From Eubacteriales bacterium (GTDB taxonomy: Bacteria > Bacillota > Clostridia > Oscillospirales > SIG627), in the NCBI GenBank assembly GCA_045658765.1, contig JAZOVP010000117.1, positions 35,303-99,302 of the forward strand: 64,000 nucleotides of DNA. The letters are read 5' to 3'. The translations under genes and the position numbers were made by a program. The notes under the pieces were generated by a model. That model saw nothing but the letters and a program-made list of their open reading frames with translations. It searched no databases and was not told where the DNA came from. Below are positions 53,276 to 64,000 of this stretch, piece by piece. Position 1 is the stretch's first letter; every line of letters begins with the position of its first letter.

Positions 53276-54391
53276 ATGAGTTATCAAAATCGAACCATTG
53301 TTTCTGTTTTGAAGAAATTTGGAATTTCGTTTGATTCTTTCCGTGTGCAAACCTTTCACAGCGGCCACATCAATTCCACGCATAAAGTGGATATTCGCTT
53401 CCAAGGCAAGAGCGATAGCTTTGTGCTTCAGAGAATCAATACCTTTGTGTTTTCCAATCCCATCGGAATTATGGAAAATATTGATAAAGTTACAAAGCAC
53501 ATCCGCAATAAACTCATCTCGGAAGGAACCGATCCAAACGGAAGAGTGCTCGACTTTTTGAAAAATGCCGAGGGAGTCAATTACTACTTCGAAGATAAAG
53601 AAAATTTCTGGCGCGTGTATCGCTATATTGATAATTCCATCACCTACGATCAGGCGGAAGATCCTGCGGTTTTGCGCAATGCGGGATATGCTTTTGGCCT
53701 TTTCCAGAAGCAGCTTTGCGATTTCCCGATGGAAGAGCTTCAGGATACCTTGCCCGATTTTCACAACACCCCCAAAAGAATGGAAAATCTTTTTGCCGCT
53801 CAAGAGCGCGATGCGGCGGGAAGAAGATGCGAGATTGAAGAAGATATTCAAATCTTAAAAGAGCATCGCGAAATTTGGTCGAAGCTTGAAAACGATCGCG
53901 CGGCAGGGCTTTTGCCCGTGCGCGTTACCCATAACGACACCAAGTATAATAATATTTTGATCGATAAAGATAGCGGCGAAGCGGTTTGTGTGATCGATCT
54001 GGACACGGTAACCCCCGGTTTGTGCGCTTATGATTTTGGAGATGCGATTCGTTTTTCCGCCAACACGGCCGCGGAAGACGAGGCAGATACCTCGAAGGTT
54101 TCTTTGGATCTTGGGCTTTATGAAGCGTTTGCTTCGGGATTTATTTCGGTTTGCAAAGAATTTTGCACCAAAGAGGAGCTCGAGAGTTTGGCGCTCGGCG
54201 CGATCACGATGACTTTTGAACTTGCCGCAAGATTTTTTGAGGACTATTTAAACGGGGATCAATATTTTAAGGTTCACCATCCGAAGCACAATTTGGAACG
54301 CGCCAGAAGCCAGCTTGCGCTTGCTTTGGATATGAAAGAGAAATTTGACCGTATGCAAGAAATCAACCGCCGTTATGCGCAGATCAAATAA
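53276..54391 (+). CDS. aminoglycoside-phosphotransferase-fold sugar kinase (N-acetylhexosamine 1-kinase/NahK-like)
   Basis: 371 aa. F.SGHINSTHKV, VTHNDTKYNNILID (catalytic loop) and VIDLDTV. The resemblance to NahK is from memory. Confidence 0.6.
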   Translation: MSYQNRTIVSVLKKFGISFDSFRVQTFHSGHINSTHKVDIRFQGKSDSFVLQRINTFVFSNPIGIMENIDKVTKHIRNKLISEGTDPNGRVLDFLKNAEGVNYYFEDKENFWRVYRYIDNSITYDQAEDPAVLRNAGYAFGLFQKQLCDFPMEELQDTLPDFHNTPKRMENLFAAQERDAAGRRCEIEEDIQILKEHREIWSKLENDRAAGLLPVRVTHNDTKYNNILIDKDSGEAVCVIDLDTVTPGLCAYDFGDAIRFSANTAAEDEADTSKVSLDLGLYEAFASGFISVCKEFCTKEELESLALGAITMTFELAARFFEDYLNGDQYFKVHHPKHNLERARSQLALALDMKEKFDRMQEINRRYAQIK

Positions 54392-54426
54392 GATTTTTGA
54401 TATTTTTGCCGAAAGGATTTTGGAAC

Positions 54427-55110
54427 GTGGAAATTACTTTTAAGAATATAACCGATTGGATTATGAAGGGAATTGCCTTGATTTTGGCAGTTTCGATTTT
54501 GTTTGCGGTGGCAGCTTTTATTTATGCCAGCTATTTTGTGGCTCCTGTTTATCAGGCGAGAGTGAAATTTTATGCCAGTGGGTTTGAAACCTCGAATCCT
54601 TCCGTGAATGTAACAATGACCCCTCAGTATGTGGAATTTTTGAATGTAAACGGCTTTTATGAAATGGTGGCCAAAGATCTTTTGGAAACCACGGGCACCG
54701 ATCTTACCCCGAAGGCCATTGCAGGAATGCTTCAGTTTTCTGCCGTGATTGAAGAAACCTCTTCGTTTTATGTTTCGGTGAGAGGCACCGATGCAAAACT
54801 TGCCTATAACGTGGCACTTTCTGTGGCCAAGCAAGGGCCCGAGCGCGTGAAGCAGTTTTCGGATGTTGGGGTGCTTGAAATCATCGACGATCCTTCCTTG
54901 CCCACCTCTCCGATTGGAAACGGAGCGCTTGAAAATGCGGTGGTGGGATTTGTGATCGGATTTGTTTTGACTGCGGCGATTGTGATCTTGAAAGAGATTT
55001 TGGATAACCGAATCGAAGGTCCCGATGAAATTGCCGAGCTTTTCCATTTGCCCATTTTGGGAATTGTGCCTGATTTTTCGATGGGCGAAAAGAAGGGAGA
55101 AAAGGAATGA
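54427..55110 (+). CDS. Wzz/CpsC-type polysaccharide chain-length determinant (BY-kinase modulator)
   Basis: Two TM segments flank a periplasmic-type domain, with PxxP near the second TM. The start is uncertain: GTG 54427 with AAAGGA 10 nt upstream, or the tracked TTG 54397. Its stop overlaps the kinase start. Confidence 0.7.
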   Translation: MEITFKNITDWIMKGIALILAVSILFAVAAFIYASYFVAPVYQARVKFYASGFETSNPSVNVTMTPQYVEFLNVNGFYEMVAKDLLETTGTDLTPKAIAGMLQFSAVIEETSSFYVSVRGTDAKLAYNVALSVAKQGPERVKQFSDVGVLEIIDDPSLPTSPIGNGALENAVVGFVIGFVLTAAIVILKEILDNRIEGPDEIAELFHLPILGIVPDFSMGEKKGEKE

Positions 55111-55904
55111 AAACCAATCGTACCTATGGCTATGACAACAGCGAAGGTCGAATCTTGTTTGCGGCGAAGGAAGCATATCGCACCATTCGCACCAATTTGA
55201 TGTTTTCGATTATCAAAAACGGCTGCAGAACCATTTTGTTTACCAGTTCCATTCAGGGAGAAGGAAAAACCACCTCTTCTGCCAATGTTGCCTTTTCTTT
55301 GGCAAGAAGCAATAAAAAAGTGCTTCTTTTGGATTTGGATTTGCGCAATCCCCATGTTCACAGAATTCTGAAAAAACCCAATTCCCCCGGACTTACCAAC
55401 TACCTTTCCGGACTTTCTTCTTTGGAAGAGGTGCTTCGCAAAGAAGTGTATCCCGGGCTTGATGTGATCACCGCGGGAACCATTTCTCCGAATCCTGCGG
55501 AAATGATTGCCAGCGAAGAAATGCAAACCCTTTTGCGCTCCTTCCAAGAGCAGTATGATTTCATTATTTTGGATACTCCTCCCATCAACATTGTTTCCGA
55601 TGCGCTTTCTTTGGTTTCTTTTGTTGACGGTGTTGCCCTTGTGGTGCGCCCCGGATATACCGATCGCAAAGAAGTGCGCCGCGCCATCAATCAGATCGAA
55701 TTTGTTGGCGGAAAGATTCTTGGTGTGATTGCAAACGGAGTTCAGGAAGCCAAGACCCGATACGGAAAACGCTATGGCAGATACGGCTATGGCCGTTATG
55801 GTGCGGAAAGCGAAGCGGCACCTCAGGCAAAGCCCCCGATTCCGAAGAAAGCGGCGCCTGTTGCCGAGGAGAAAAAAGAAGAAATCGAATCCTCTGCGGA
55901 GTAA
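55107..55904 (+). CDS. CpsD/CapB-type tyrosine autokinase (BY-kinase)
   Basis: 265 aa. Walker A SSIQGEGKTT, Walker A' LLLDLDLR, Walker B IILDTPP, and a C-terminal Tyr cluster YGKRYGRYGYGRYG. Confidence 0.85.
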   Translation: MKTNRTYGYDNSEGRILFAAKEAYRTIRTNLMFSIIKNGCRTILFTSSIQGEGKTTSSANVAFSLARSNKKVLLLDLDLRNPHVHRILKKPNSPGLTNYLSGLSSLEEVLRKEVYPGLDVITAGTISPNPAEMIASEEMQTLLRSFQEQYDFIILDTPPINIVSDALSLVSFVDGVALVVRPGYTDRKEVRRAINQIEFVGGKILGVIANGVQEAKTRYGKRYGRYGYGRYGAESEAAPQAKPPIPKKAAPVAEEKKEEIESSAE

Positions 55905-55972
55905 AAACAGGCATCCTTCCCGATTTGATTCGGGATGGGAGCTTTTGGAATGCTTTATTTGAATTCATCAAT

Positions 55973-55999
55973 CAGTGGCGGTTTCCGCCACTGAATTTT
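55973..55999 (+). terminator. intrinsic terminator
   Basis: 9-bp stem cagtggcgg/ccgccactg with loop ttt, then aatttt. A weaker hairpin lies at 55913-55943. Confidence 0.6.
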
Positions 56000-56031
56000 G
56001 TATACGGCTTTTTGCCGTGAAAGGAGAAAGA

Positions 56032-56541
56032 ATGATTCGTTCTTATCAAAACGAAACTCCCGAGATTGCCGAAGAGGTGTTTTTGGCCGAAACGAGTGCG
56101 GTGATCGGCAAGGTGAAATTGGAAAAAGGCGCCAATATTTGGTATGGCGCAGTTTTAAGAGGGGATGAAGCCGAGATCCGAATCGGCGAAAATTCCAACA
56201 TTCAAGATAATGCGGTGGTTCATACTGCAAAGGATTTTCCTGTTTCGATCGGCAAAAACGTAACAGTGGGGCATGGCGCGATTGTGCACGGATGCACGGT
56301 GGGCGATGATTCCATGATCGGAATGGGCGCGATTGTATTAAACGGCGCGGTGATTGGAAAGGGGTGCCTGATTGGCGCGGGTGCTCTTGTGAAAGAGGGC
56401 GCGGTGATCCCTGATCATTCGCTTTGCGTTGGGGTGCCTGCGAAAGTGGTGCGCGAGATGGACGAAAAAGGAATCGAAAAGATTCGCGCGAATGCCGAAA
56501 TGTATGTTTCGCTCGGCAAAGAATATCAAGAAGAATGCTGA
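56032..56541 (+). CDS. gamma-carbonic-anhydrase-like hexapeptide-repeat protein
   Basis: 169 aa. ANIWYGAVLRGD...IGENSNIQDNAVVH... is the left-handed beta-helix pattern. AAAGGAG RBS. Confidence 0.8.
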   Translation: MIRSYQNETPEIAEEVFLAETSAVIGKVKLEKGANIWYGAVLRGDEAEIRIGENSNIQDNAVVHTAKDFPVSIGKNVTVGHGAIVHGCTVGDDSMIGMGAIVLNGAVIGKGCLIGAGALVKEGAVIPDHSLCVGVPAKVVREMDEKGIEKIRANAEMYVSLGKEYQEEC

Positions 56542-57350
56542 TTTGCCCGATTTGCCAAGAAAAACTGAAGGCAGAAGAAAAACGCGCTGTTTGCCCGAAC
56601 GGGCATAGCTTCGACCGTGCAAAAGAGGGATATTTCAATCTTTTGATGGCCACCGGAAAAGGCGGCCACGGGGATGACAAGGCGATGCTTCTTGCCCGTC
56701 GCGCTTTTTTGGAGCGCGGATATTATGAGCATTTGCTTTTGGCTTTGGAGCAAGAAATTTCAGCGCGCTTTCCCGAAAACGGTGTTTTTTTGGATGCGGG
56801 TTGCGGAGAGGGATATTATACCGCGCACATTGCGGATTGCCTTAAAAAAGAGGGCAAGAAACCGAATGTTTTTGCTTTTGATATTTCCAAAGACGCTTCG
56901 CGCCTTGCGGCGAAAAAATGCAAAGACAGAGCAGAGATTTTTGTGGGCAGTTGCTATCGGATGCCGTTTTTATCGGAATCGGTGGATGCGCTGCTTTCGG
57001 TGTTTTCTCCGTTTGCGGGGGAAGAGTTTTTCAGAGTATTAAAGCCCGGCGGATTTTTGTTTTGCGCTGTGCCGGAGCCGTTGCATTTATTTGAACTGAA
57101 AGAAGCGGTGTATGAGAATCCCGTTTTGAATGAGAAAAAAGCCGAAATCGGCGAAGGACTTTCTCTTTGCGGGGAAAGAAGGGTGGAAAAAACAATTTTC
57201 CTTTCCGATTCCGATTCGATTCGCTCGCTTTTTGCGATGACCCCATACGCCCATAAAACCTCGTCCGAGGATATGGCAAAGCTTGAAAAACTGGATGCTT
57301 TATCGGTGAAAACGGATTTTAATATTTTAATTTATCAAAAAAGTTTTTAA
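56535..57350 (+). CDS. RlmA-like 23S rRNA (guanine-N1) methyltransferase
   Basis: 271 aa. N-terminal Zn ribbon CPICQ...CPNGH and SAM motif LDAGCGEGYY. Overlaps the upstream gene by 7 nt. Confidence 0.75.
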   Translation: MLICPICQEKLKAEEKRAVCPNGHSFDRAKEGYFNLLMATGKGGHGDDKAMLLARRAFLERGYYEHLLLALEQEISARFPENGVFLDAGCGEGYYTAHIADCLKKEGKKPNVFAFDISKDASRLAAKKCKDRAEIFVGSCYRMPFLSESVDALLSVFSPFAGEEFFRVLKPGGFLFCAVPEPLHLFELKEAVYENPVLNEKKAEIGEGLSLCGERRVEKTIFLSDSDSIRSLFAMTPYAHKTSSEDMAKLEKLDALSVKTDFNILIYQKSF

Positions 57351-57430
57351 TTTTCTATTCTGCAAGAAAAAACTTGCAAAGCGCTTTTTCTTGCAGTATA
57401 ATGAAGGAAACAATGGAAGGGAGGAAGAAT

Positions 57431-58354
57431 ATGAAGCGTTCTTTGCGTGATTATTTGATGACACTTTGTCTTGCAGTGCTGATTTTTGCGATTGTTGCGA
57501 TTTTTCTGATTCAAGCGGCAGAAGGTTTGATGCAGGATGTGGTAACCAAAATCGGCGAGGAAGGCACGGAAACGGTGGAGAAAATTCCCGAACCCACCAA
57601 AAAGCCCGATCCGGAACAACCTCCCGCCGCCGAAGAAAAGGTGGAAGATGTTACCGCAACGTTTCTTTTGCTTGGCCTTGATTATAATAAAAAGAATGCC
57701 GATGCGATTTTCCTTGTTGGGATCAACGCAACCAAAAAGCAGGCAACGGTGGCTCTGATTCCTTCCAATACGGTGGTGCCTGAAAACGGCGCAAAATATA
57801 AATTGGGCGAACTTTATTCTTCTCGCAATATCACCTTCTATAAGGAATTCGTGCAGCAGGAAACGGGAATTCTTGCCGATTACTATGCGGCGATGCCGAT
57901 GTCGGCGCTTTCGAATTTGATCGACTTTTTGGGCGGAATTCAGTATTCGGTGCCTGAAAATATGTATTATTACGATCCCGCGCAGAATTTGAAGATCAAT
58001 CTGCAAGCGGGCAGCCAAACTTTAAACGGCGATCAGGTGATTCAGCTTCTTTGCTATCGCGGATATGCAGGAAAAGACACGGCAAGGGAAGATACCCAGC
58101 TTGGCTTTGTGAAGGCATTTTGCTCTTCCTTCTTGGTGCCCGCCAATCTTTCCCGCGCTTCTGCGATTATGAACAATATGTATTACAACTGCGAAACCGA
58201 TTTTGAAGAAGCGGATTTGAAGGCATTGGGCGATGTGATGTTTAACTTCTCGACTTATTCGCAAAGTTACACCCGAATCCCCGGCGCAAAGAGCGGATCG
58301 TTTTATGCGATCAGCGCCTCTCGTGCAAAATCGATGTTTGAAGTGTATCAGTAA
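57431..58354 (+). CDS. LytR-CpsA-Psr (LCP) family protein
   Basis: 307 aa. N-terminal TM segment, then LLLGLDYNKKNADAIFLVGIN...ALIPSNT. GGGAGGAAG RBS. Confidence 0.75.
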   Translation: MKRSLRDYLMTLCLAVLIFAIVAIFLIQAAEGLMQDVVTKIGEEGTETVEKIPEPTKKPDPEQPPAAEEKVEDVTATFLLLGLDYNKKNADAIFLVGINATKKQATVALIPSNTVVPENGAKYKLGELYSSRNITFYKEFVQQETGILADYYAAMPMSALSNLIDFLGGIQYSVPENMYYYDPAQNLKINLQAGSQTLNGDQVIQLLCYRGYAGKDTAREDTQLGFVKAFCSSFLVPANLSRASAIMNNMYYNCETDFEEADLKALGDVMFNFSTYSQSYTRIPGAKSGSFYAISASRAKSMFEVYQ

Positions 58355-58356
58355 AG

Positions 58357-58386
58357 AAAAAAGGAGGCAAAAACCTCCTTTTTCTT
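58357..58386 (+). terminator. intrinsic terminator
   Basis: Stem aaggagg/cctcctt followed by a T-run. Confidence 0.7.
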
Positions 58387-58409
58387 ATCATATCCCTTGG
58401 AGGAATTAA

Positions 58410-61220
58410 ATGGAGAAAGAAAACACCACTCCCGCACAGGAGCTTTTGCCGAATGCAGAAAGCGCTCCTTTGCAGGAAAAAAGAAGCCGTTTGAAAAACG
58501 TGCTTTTGGTTTTGGAAGAAAAGGGGCAGGGAAACCTTCCTCTTCTTTTGGCATTTTTACTTCCTCTTTTGATTTTCACCGTGTGCCTTGCGATTCAGGG
58601 GGTGTATCCTTTTGGAGATCGGCAGATCATCAACTACGATGGCTGGCATCAGTATTATCCTTTTCTTTTGAAACTTTGGGATCATTTGCGCGAGGGAACC
58701 TCGCTTCTTTATGATTATTCGATGGGAATGGGCACAAATTTTCTTTCGATGCTTTCTTACTATGGCTCCAGCCCCCTCAATCTTTTGATTGCCCTTGCAC
58801 CCGAGCGCGAATTTCGCCTTCTTTTTATGGCGTTTGTTGCGATTCGAATTGCCTTTTCGGGCTTTTCCCTTGCTTTCTTTTTGAAAAAAGTTTTCCATTC
58901 GCGCGGTTGGTCGATCGCATTTTTTGGGCTCGGCTATGCGCTTTGCGGATATTTGATGGGCTATTATTGGAATAATATGTGGCTCGACTGCGTGGCGCTG
59001 TATCCGCTTTTATGCTGGGCAACGGTGAAGCTTTTTAGAGAAGGAAAATCTTCCCTTTATATATTATTGCTTGCGATCACACTCTTTTCCAATTACTACA
59101 TCGGATATATGTGCTGTGTGTTTACGGTGGTGGTGTTTTTTGTTTTGTGCGTGCTGGATCGCGTGCGCTTTTCGGATTTTATCCGAAAGGGATTTCGACT
59201 TCTTTTTGCCACCCTTCTTGGCGGAATGATTCCCGCGGTGCTTCTTTTGCCCGCTCTTTTCGGACTTTTCAACACCGCTTCCACCACGGGAGTGGGCGGC
59301 GGGGTTTATGTTTCGTTTTATGAATCGATTCGCGATCTTTTGGCACCGCTTTCTTCTTTTCATATTCCCGCGGTGATGGATGGGCTTCCCAATCTTTCCA
59401 CTTCGGCGCTTTTGGTGCTTTTTGCATTTGCTTTTTTGTGGGCAAAGAAAATTTCGCTTAGGGAAAAACTCACTGCCTTTTTCGTGGTGATCTTCCTTTT
59501 TGTTTCCATGAATTTCAGTGTGCTCAATTATATTTGGCACGGATTTCATTTCACCAATATGATTCCGTATCGCTTTGCTTTTTTGTTTGCTTTTGTTTTG
59601 GTGGTGATGGCATATCGCTATTATCAAAAGGCGGCAGGCGATTTTGATTGGGTGGATGCCGCGGGAATGTTTGTTTTCTCGGCTTTGATTGCATTTTGCG
59701 CCTTTGGATATTATCCGAATTCTGCGGTGATTGCCACGGTGGCTTTCTTTGCGGCGGGGATTGTGCTTTGCGCGTTTTATTCGGTGAAAATTGTGCCGAA
59801 AAGAGTGTTTTCTGCGATTGTTTGCACCATTCTTCTTTTGGAAACGGCCTCTTCTGCCTATTTGGGCACGCGCGAGGTTGGCACCACGGGATATTCCGAT
59901 TATTTTGATGGAAAAACCGGCGAAGAAGTGGCCCAAATGGTGGAAATTGCAAAAAAGAGAGAAGAGGGAAAAGAGCCCTTTTTCCGCTTGGAAACAACCG
60001 AGTGGCGGAGCTTGAACGACTCTTGCTTTTATAACTATAATGGAATTTCGCAATTTGCTTCTTCGGCAAATTATCGCGTGTCGGAATTTTTGCAGGCGCT
60101 TGGAATGCCTGCAGATCCGGGAAGCAATCGCTTTGTTTATGTTCACGGCACTCCGCTTGCCGATACAATGCTCGGGCTTAAATATCTGATCAATAAAAAC
60201 GGCGCGCTCACCGATACGGGGCTCGTTTCGATTGCGGGGGCGAATCAAACCACCACCACCGCGCTTTACGAATGCGAAAACTTCAGCGGGCTCGGATTTA
60301 TGCTTGAAAAAGAGGCGGCGGAATTTTGTTTTGATCTTTCGATGCCTGTTTATGAGCGGCAAAATGCGCTCTTTTCGGCAATCACAGGGCTTGAGGGCGA
60401 TCTCTTTTTCCCGATTGAACCCACAGACGGGGAACATTTGAATTTGGAAGCGATTCCTCTTGGCGATGGCTCTTATGAAATAAAAGGTGAGGCCTCGGGA
60501 GGAGAGGAACTTGAGAGAGTGCTTCGCTTTGAATATACCGTGCCGCAAAGCGGAATGGTTTATATTTATGCCGATGTGCCGCTTGCCAACTACACGCAGG
60601 TAAACAACGCCTGGCACTGCATTGAGGAATATCCGAATTTCTTTTCCGCAGGGTATTTTAGCGAGGGCGAAATGTTTCGCTTGCGCACCATTTTGCACGA
60701 AGAAACCACCGAAGAATTCACCGATTCTGCGCTTTTTTATGTGTGCTGCATGAATGAAGAACTCTGGCAAGAGGGGCTTTCCCGCTTGCAGGATGAAAAA
60801 ATGCAGATTACCGCCATGGAAGATACTTCCTTTGCCGCCACGGTGAATGCGAAAAAAGATGGCTATCTTTACACCTCGATCCCGATGGAGGGCGAGGGAA
60901 GCTGGGAGGTTTTGATCGACGGGAAAGAAGCAGAAGTGATTCCGTTTGCGGGATCGTTTGTTGGAATCCTTTTGGAAGAAGGAGAACACGAGCTTTCCTT
61001 TTCCTATACGCCGCTTGGCTATTCGAAAGGAAGATGGATTTCGCTTCTTTCGCTTTGCCTTTTGATTCTGCTTTTTATTTGGGAGAAAAAAGGGCATCGG
61101 CTTTTCCCCGAGAAGAGGGGGATCCCGAAAGAGGATTTGCAAGAAAACCAGAAAGAAACCAAAGGAGAAAACGTGCTTGACCATACAGAAATTGATGTCG
61201 ATCACGCGCAAGGGGATTGA
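58410..61220 (+). CDS. YfhO-family membrane glycosyltransferase
   Basis: 936 aa. About 13 N-terminal TM segments beginning ...GVYPFGDRQIINYDGWHQYYPF..., a large extracytoplasmic domain, and a C-terminal TM segment. Confidence 0.8.
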   Translation: MEKENTTPAQELLPNAESAPLQEKRSRLKNVLLVLEEKGQGNLPLLLAFLLPLLIFTVCLAIQGVYPFGDRQIINYDGWHQYYPFLLKLWDHLREGTSLLYDYSMGMGTNFLSMLSYYGSSPLNLLIALAPEREFRLLFMAFVAIRIAFSGFSLAFFLKKVFHSRGWSIAFFGLGYALCGYLMGYYWNNMWLDCVALYPLLCWATVKLFREGKSSLYILLLAITLFSNYYIGYMCCVFTVVVFFVLCVLDRVRFSDFIRKGFRLLFATLLGGMIPAVLLLPALFGLFNTASTTGVGGGVYVSFYESIRDLLAPLSSFHIPAVMDGLPNLSTSALLVLFAFAFLWAKKISLREKLTAFFVVIFLFVSMNFSVLNYIWHGFHFTNMIPYRFAFLFAFVLVVMAYRYYQKAAGDFDWVDAAGMFVFSALIAFCAFGYYPNSAVIATVAFFAAGIVLCAFYSVKIVPKRVFSAIVCTILLLETASSAYLGTREVGTTGYSDYFDGKTGEEVAQMVEIAKKREEGKEPFFRLETTEWRSLNDSCFYNYNGISQFASSANYRVSEFLQALGMPADPGSNRFVYVHGTPLADTMLGLKYLINKNGALTDTGLVSIAGANQTTTTALYECENFSGLGFMLEKEAAEFCFDLSMPVYERQNALFSAITGLEGDLFFPIEPTDGEHLNLEAIPLGDGSYEIKGEASGGEELERVLRFEYTVPQSGMVYIYADVPLANYTQVNNAWHCIEEYPNFFSAGYFSEGEMFRLRTILHEETTEEFTDSALFYVCCMNEELWQEGLSRLQDEKMQITAMEDTSFAATVNAKKDGYLYTSIPMEGEGSWEVLIDGKEAEVIPFAGSFVGILLEEGEHELSFSYTPLGYSKGRWISLLSLCLLILLFIWEKKGHRLFPEKRGIPKEDLQENQKETKGENVLDHTEIDVDHAQGD

Positions 61221-61911
61221 CGACTTTTCGATGATAGAATCGGGCGAGAAGATTGCGGTTGGAGTTTCGGGAGGGAAGGATTCCCTTGCTTTGGTAACTT
61301 CGCTCGCGCATCTTTCGCGCTTTCATCCCGCAAAGTTTGAAGTGAAAGCGATCACGGTGGATCTTGGCTTTGAGGGCGCGGATTTTTCTCCCATCGCCGA
61401 ATATATGGAAAAGATCGGGGTGGAATATGTGGTGGAGAAAACCGAGATCGGAAAGATCGTGTTTGATGTGCGCAAAGAAAAAAATCCCTGCTCGCTCTGC
61501 GCGAAAATGAAGCGCGCGGTTTTGTGTGAGGCGGCAAAAAGGATTGGATGCAATACCCTTGCCTTGGCGCACCACCGCGACGATCTGATCGACACCTTTC
61601 TTTTGAACCTTTTTTATGCCGGCAGAATTGATACCTTTTTGCCCGTAACGGAGCTGGACAAAACGGGAATCAAAGTGATTCGCCCGTTCCTTTATGCCGA
61701 GGAAAAGGAACTTTTATATTTCACAAATAAGAACCCGATGCCCGTTTGCCCTTCGGGATGCCCCGCCGATAAAAAAACCATGCGGGAAGAGGTGAAGGGA
61801 ATTCTTTCGGCGCTTTCAAAAGAGAATCCCGATGTGAAGGCAAAAGTATTTGGCGCGATCCTTCGCTCCGGGCTTTTGGATCGAGAGAAAAACGATACGA
61901 TTACGCTGTGA
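61177..61911 (+). CDS. TtcA-family PP-loop ATPase (tRNA 2-thiocytidine synthase-like)
   Basis: 244 aa. VGVSGGKDSLAL PP-loop and Cys motifs (NPCSLCAKMKR; CPSGCP). TTG start at 61177 with AAGGAG 9 nt upstream. Overlaps the yfhO end by 44 nt. An alternative ATG lies at 61195. Confidence 0.75.
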   Translation: MTIQKLMSITRKGIDDFSMIESGEKIAVGVSGGKDSLALVTSLAHLSRFHPAKFEVKAITVDLGFEGADFSPIAEYMEKIGVEYVVEKTEIGKIVFDVRKEKNPCSLCAKMKRAVLCEAAKRIGCNTLALAHHRDDLIDTFLLNLFYAGRIDTFLPVTELDKTGIKVIRPFLYAEEKELLYFTNKNPMPVCPSGCPADKKTMREEVKGILSALSKENPDVKAKVFGAILRSGLLDREKNDTITL

Positions 61912-61951
61912 TTCAAAATGTGAAAAAAGTGTTAACAATTTCGAGAATTGC

Positions 61952-61979
61952 TTGAATTTTCCATTCTGATGGCTATAAT
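61952..61979 (+). promoter_or_regulatory. sigma-A promoter of groES-groEL
   Basis: TTGAAT, 16 nt, TATAAT. CIRCE starts 12 nt downstream. Confidence 0.55.
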
Positions 61980-61991
61980 AAAGTATAGAGT

Positions 61992-63976
<1,985 letters not shown>

Positions 63977-64000
63977 TAAAAAAGAAAAGACTGCTCGATG

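Noticed and set aside
59064-61211. 715-aa ORF on the minus strand
   Set aside because: It is antisense to the YfhO gene. The K/R/I-rich translation has no domains. It is a shadow ORF.

Overview
This is a tightly packed chromosomal segment from a spore-forming Firmicute, probably Clostridia. Evidence for that is spoVM, dpaA/dpaB, a SleC-like cortex-lytic enzyme, and hrcA-grpE-dnaK-dnaJ and groES-groEL each behind a perfect CIRCE operator. I call about 62 protein-coding genes. I saw no rRNA, tRNA, CRISPR array, IS element or integrase.

Gene content in order:
- Aryl-CoA ligase (cut by the window edge), iorA-iorB-paaK and an ACT-domain gene (aromatic 2-oxoacid catabolism).
- An ECF S-component, the SleC-like protein and spoVM.
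- A minus-strand run of flavoprotein, DUF2344, proS and nadA-nadB-nadC.
- An HPr-like gene, a DAG-kinase-family lipid kinase, a class V aminotransferase with DUF3343, and a CE2/SGNH-like lipoprotein.
- dusB, the dnaK operon, a CarD-like regulator and dpaAB.
- Orphan terS and terL genes split by a TPP-riboswitch thiT-thiN cassette, then a QueG-like protein.
- Two tandem AbrB-zinc-ribbon/XRE modules.
- A pduL, NifU-like, GGGtGRT operon.
- A GT2-GtrA / phosphodiester-glycosidase envelope operon.
- A small regulator operon with twin palindromic operators, and a sigma factor with a CxxC zinc-ribbon gene.
- A Dabb protein, an extended sortase B, an XPD/DinG-like helicase, ysxC-lon and pfkA.
- NahK-like kinase, Wzz, BY-kinase, gamma-CA, RlmA-like, LCP, YfhO and TtcA-like genes, then groESL.

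Most of the window is housekeeping. The parts worth a second look are the interrupted terminase pair, the uncharacterised GGGtGRT operon, the duplicated AbrB-Zn/XRE cassettes and the twin-palindrome regulator locus. All family assignments come from reading the translations by eye. No database search was run.
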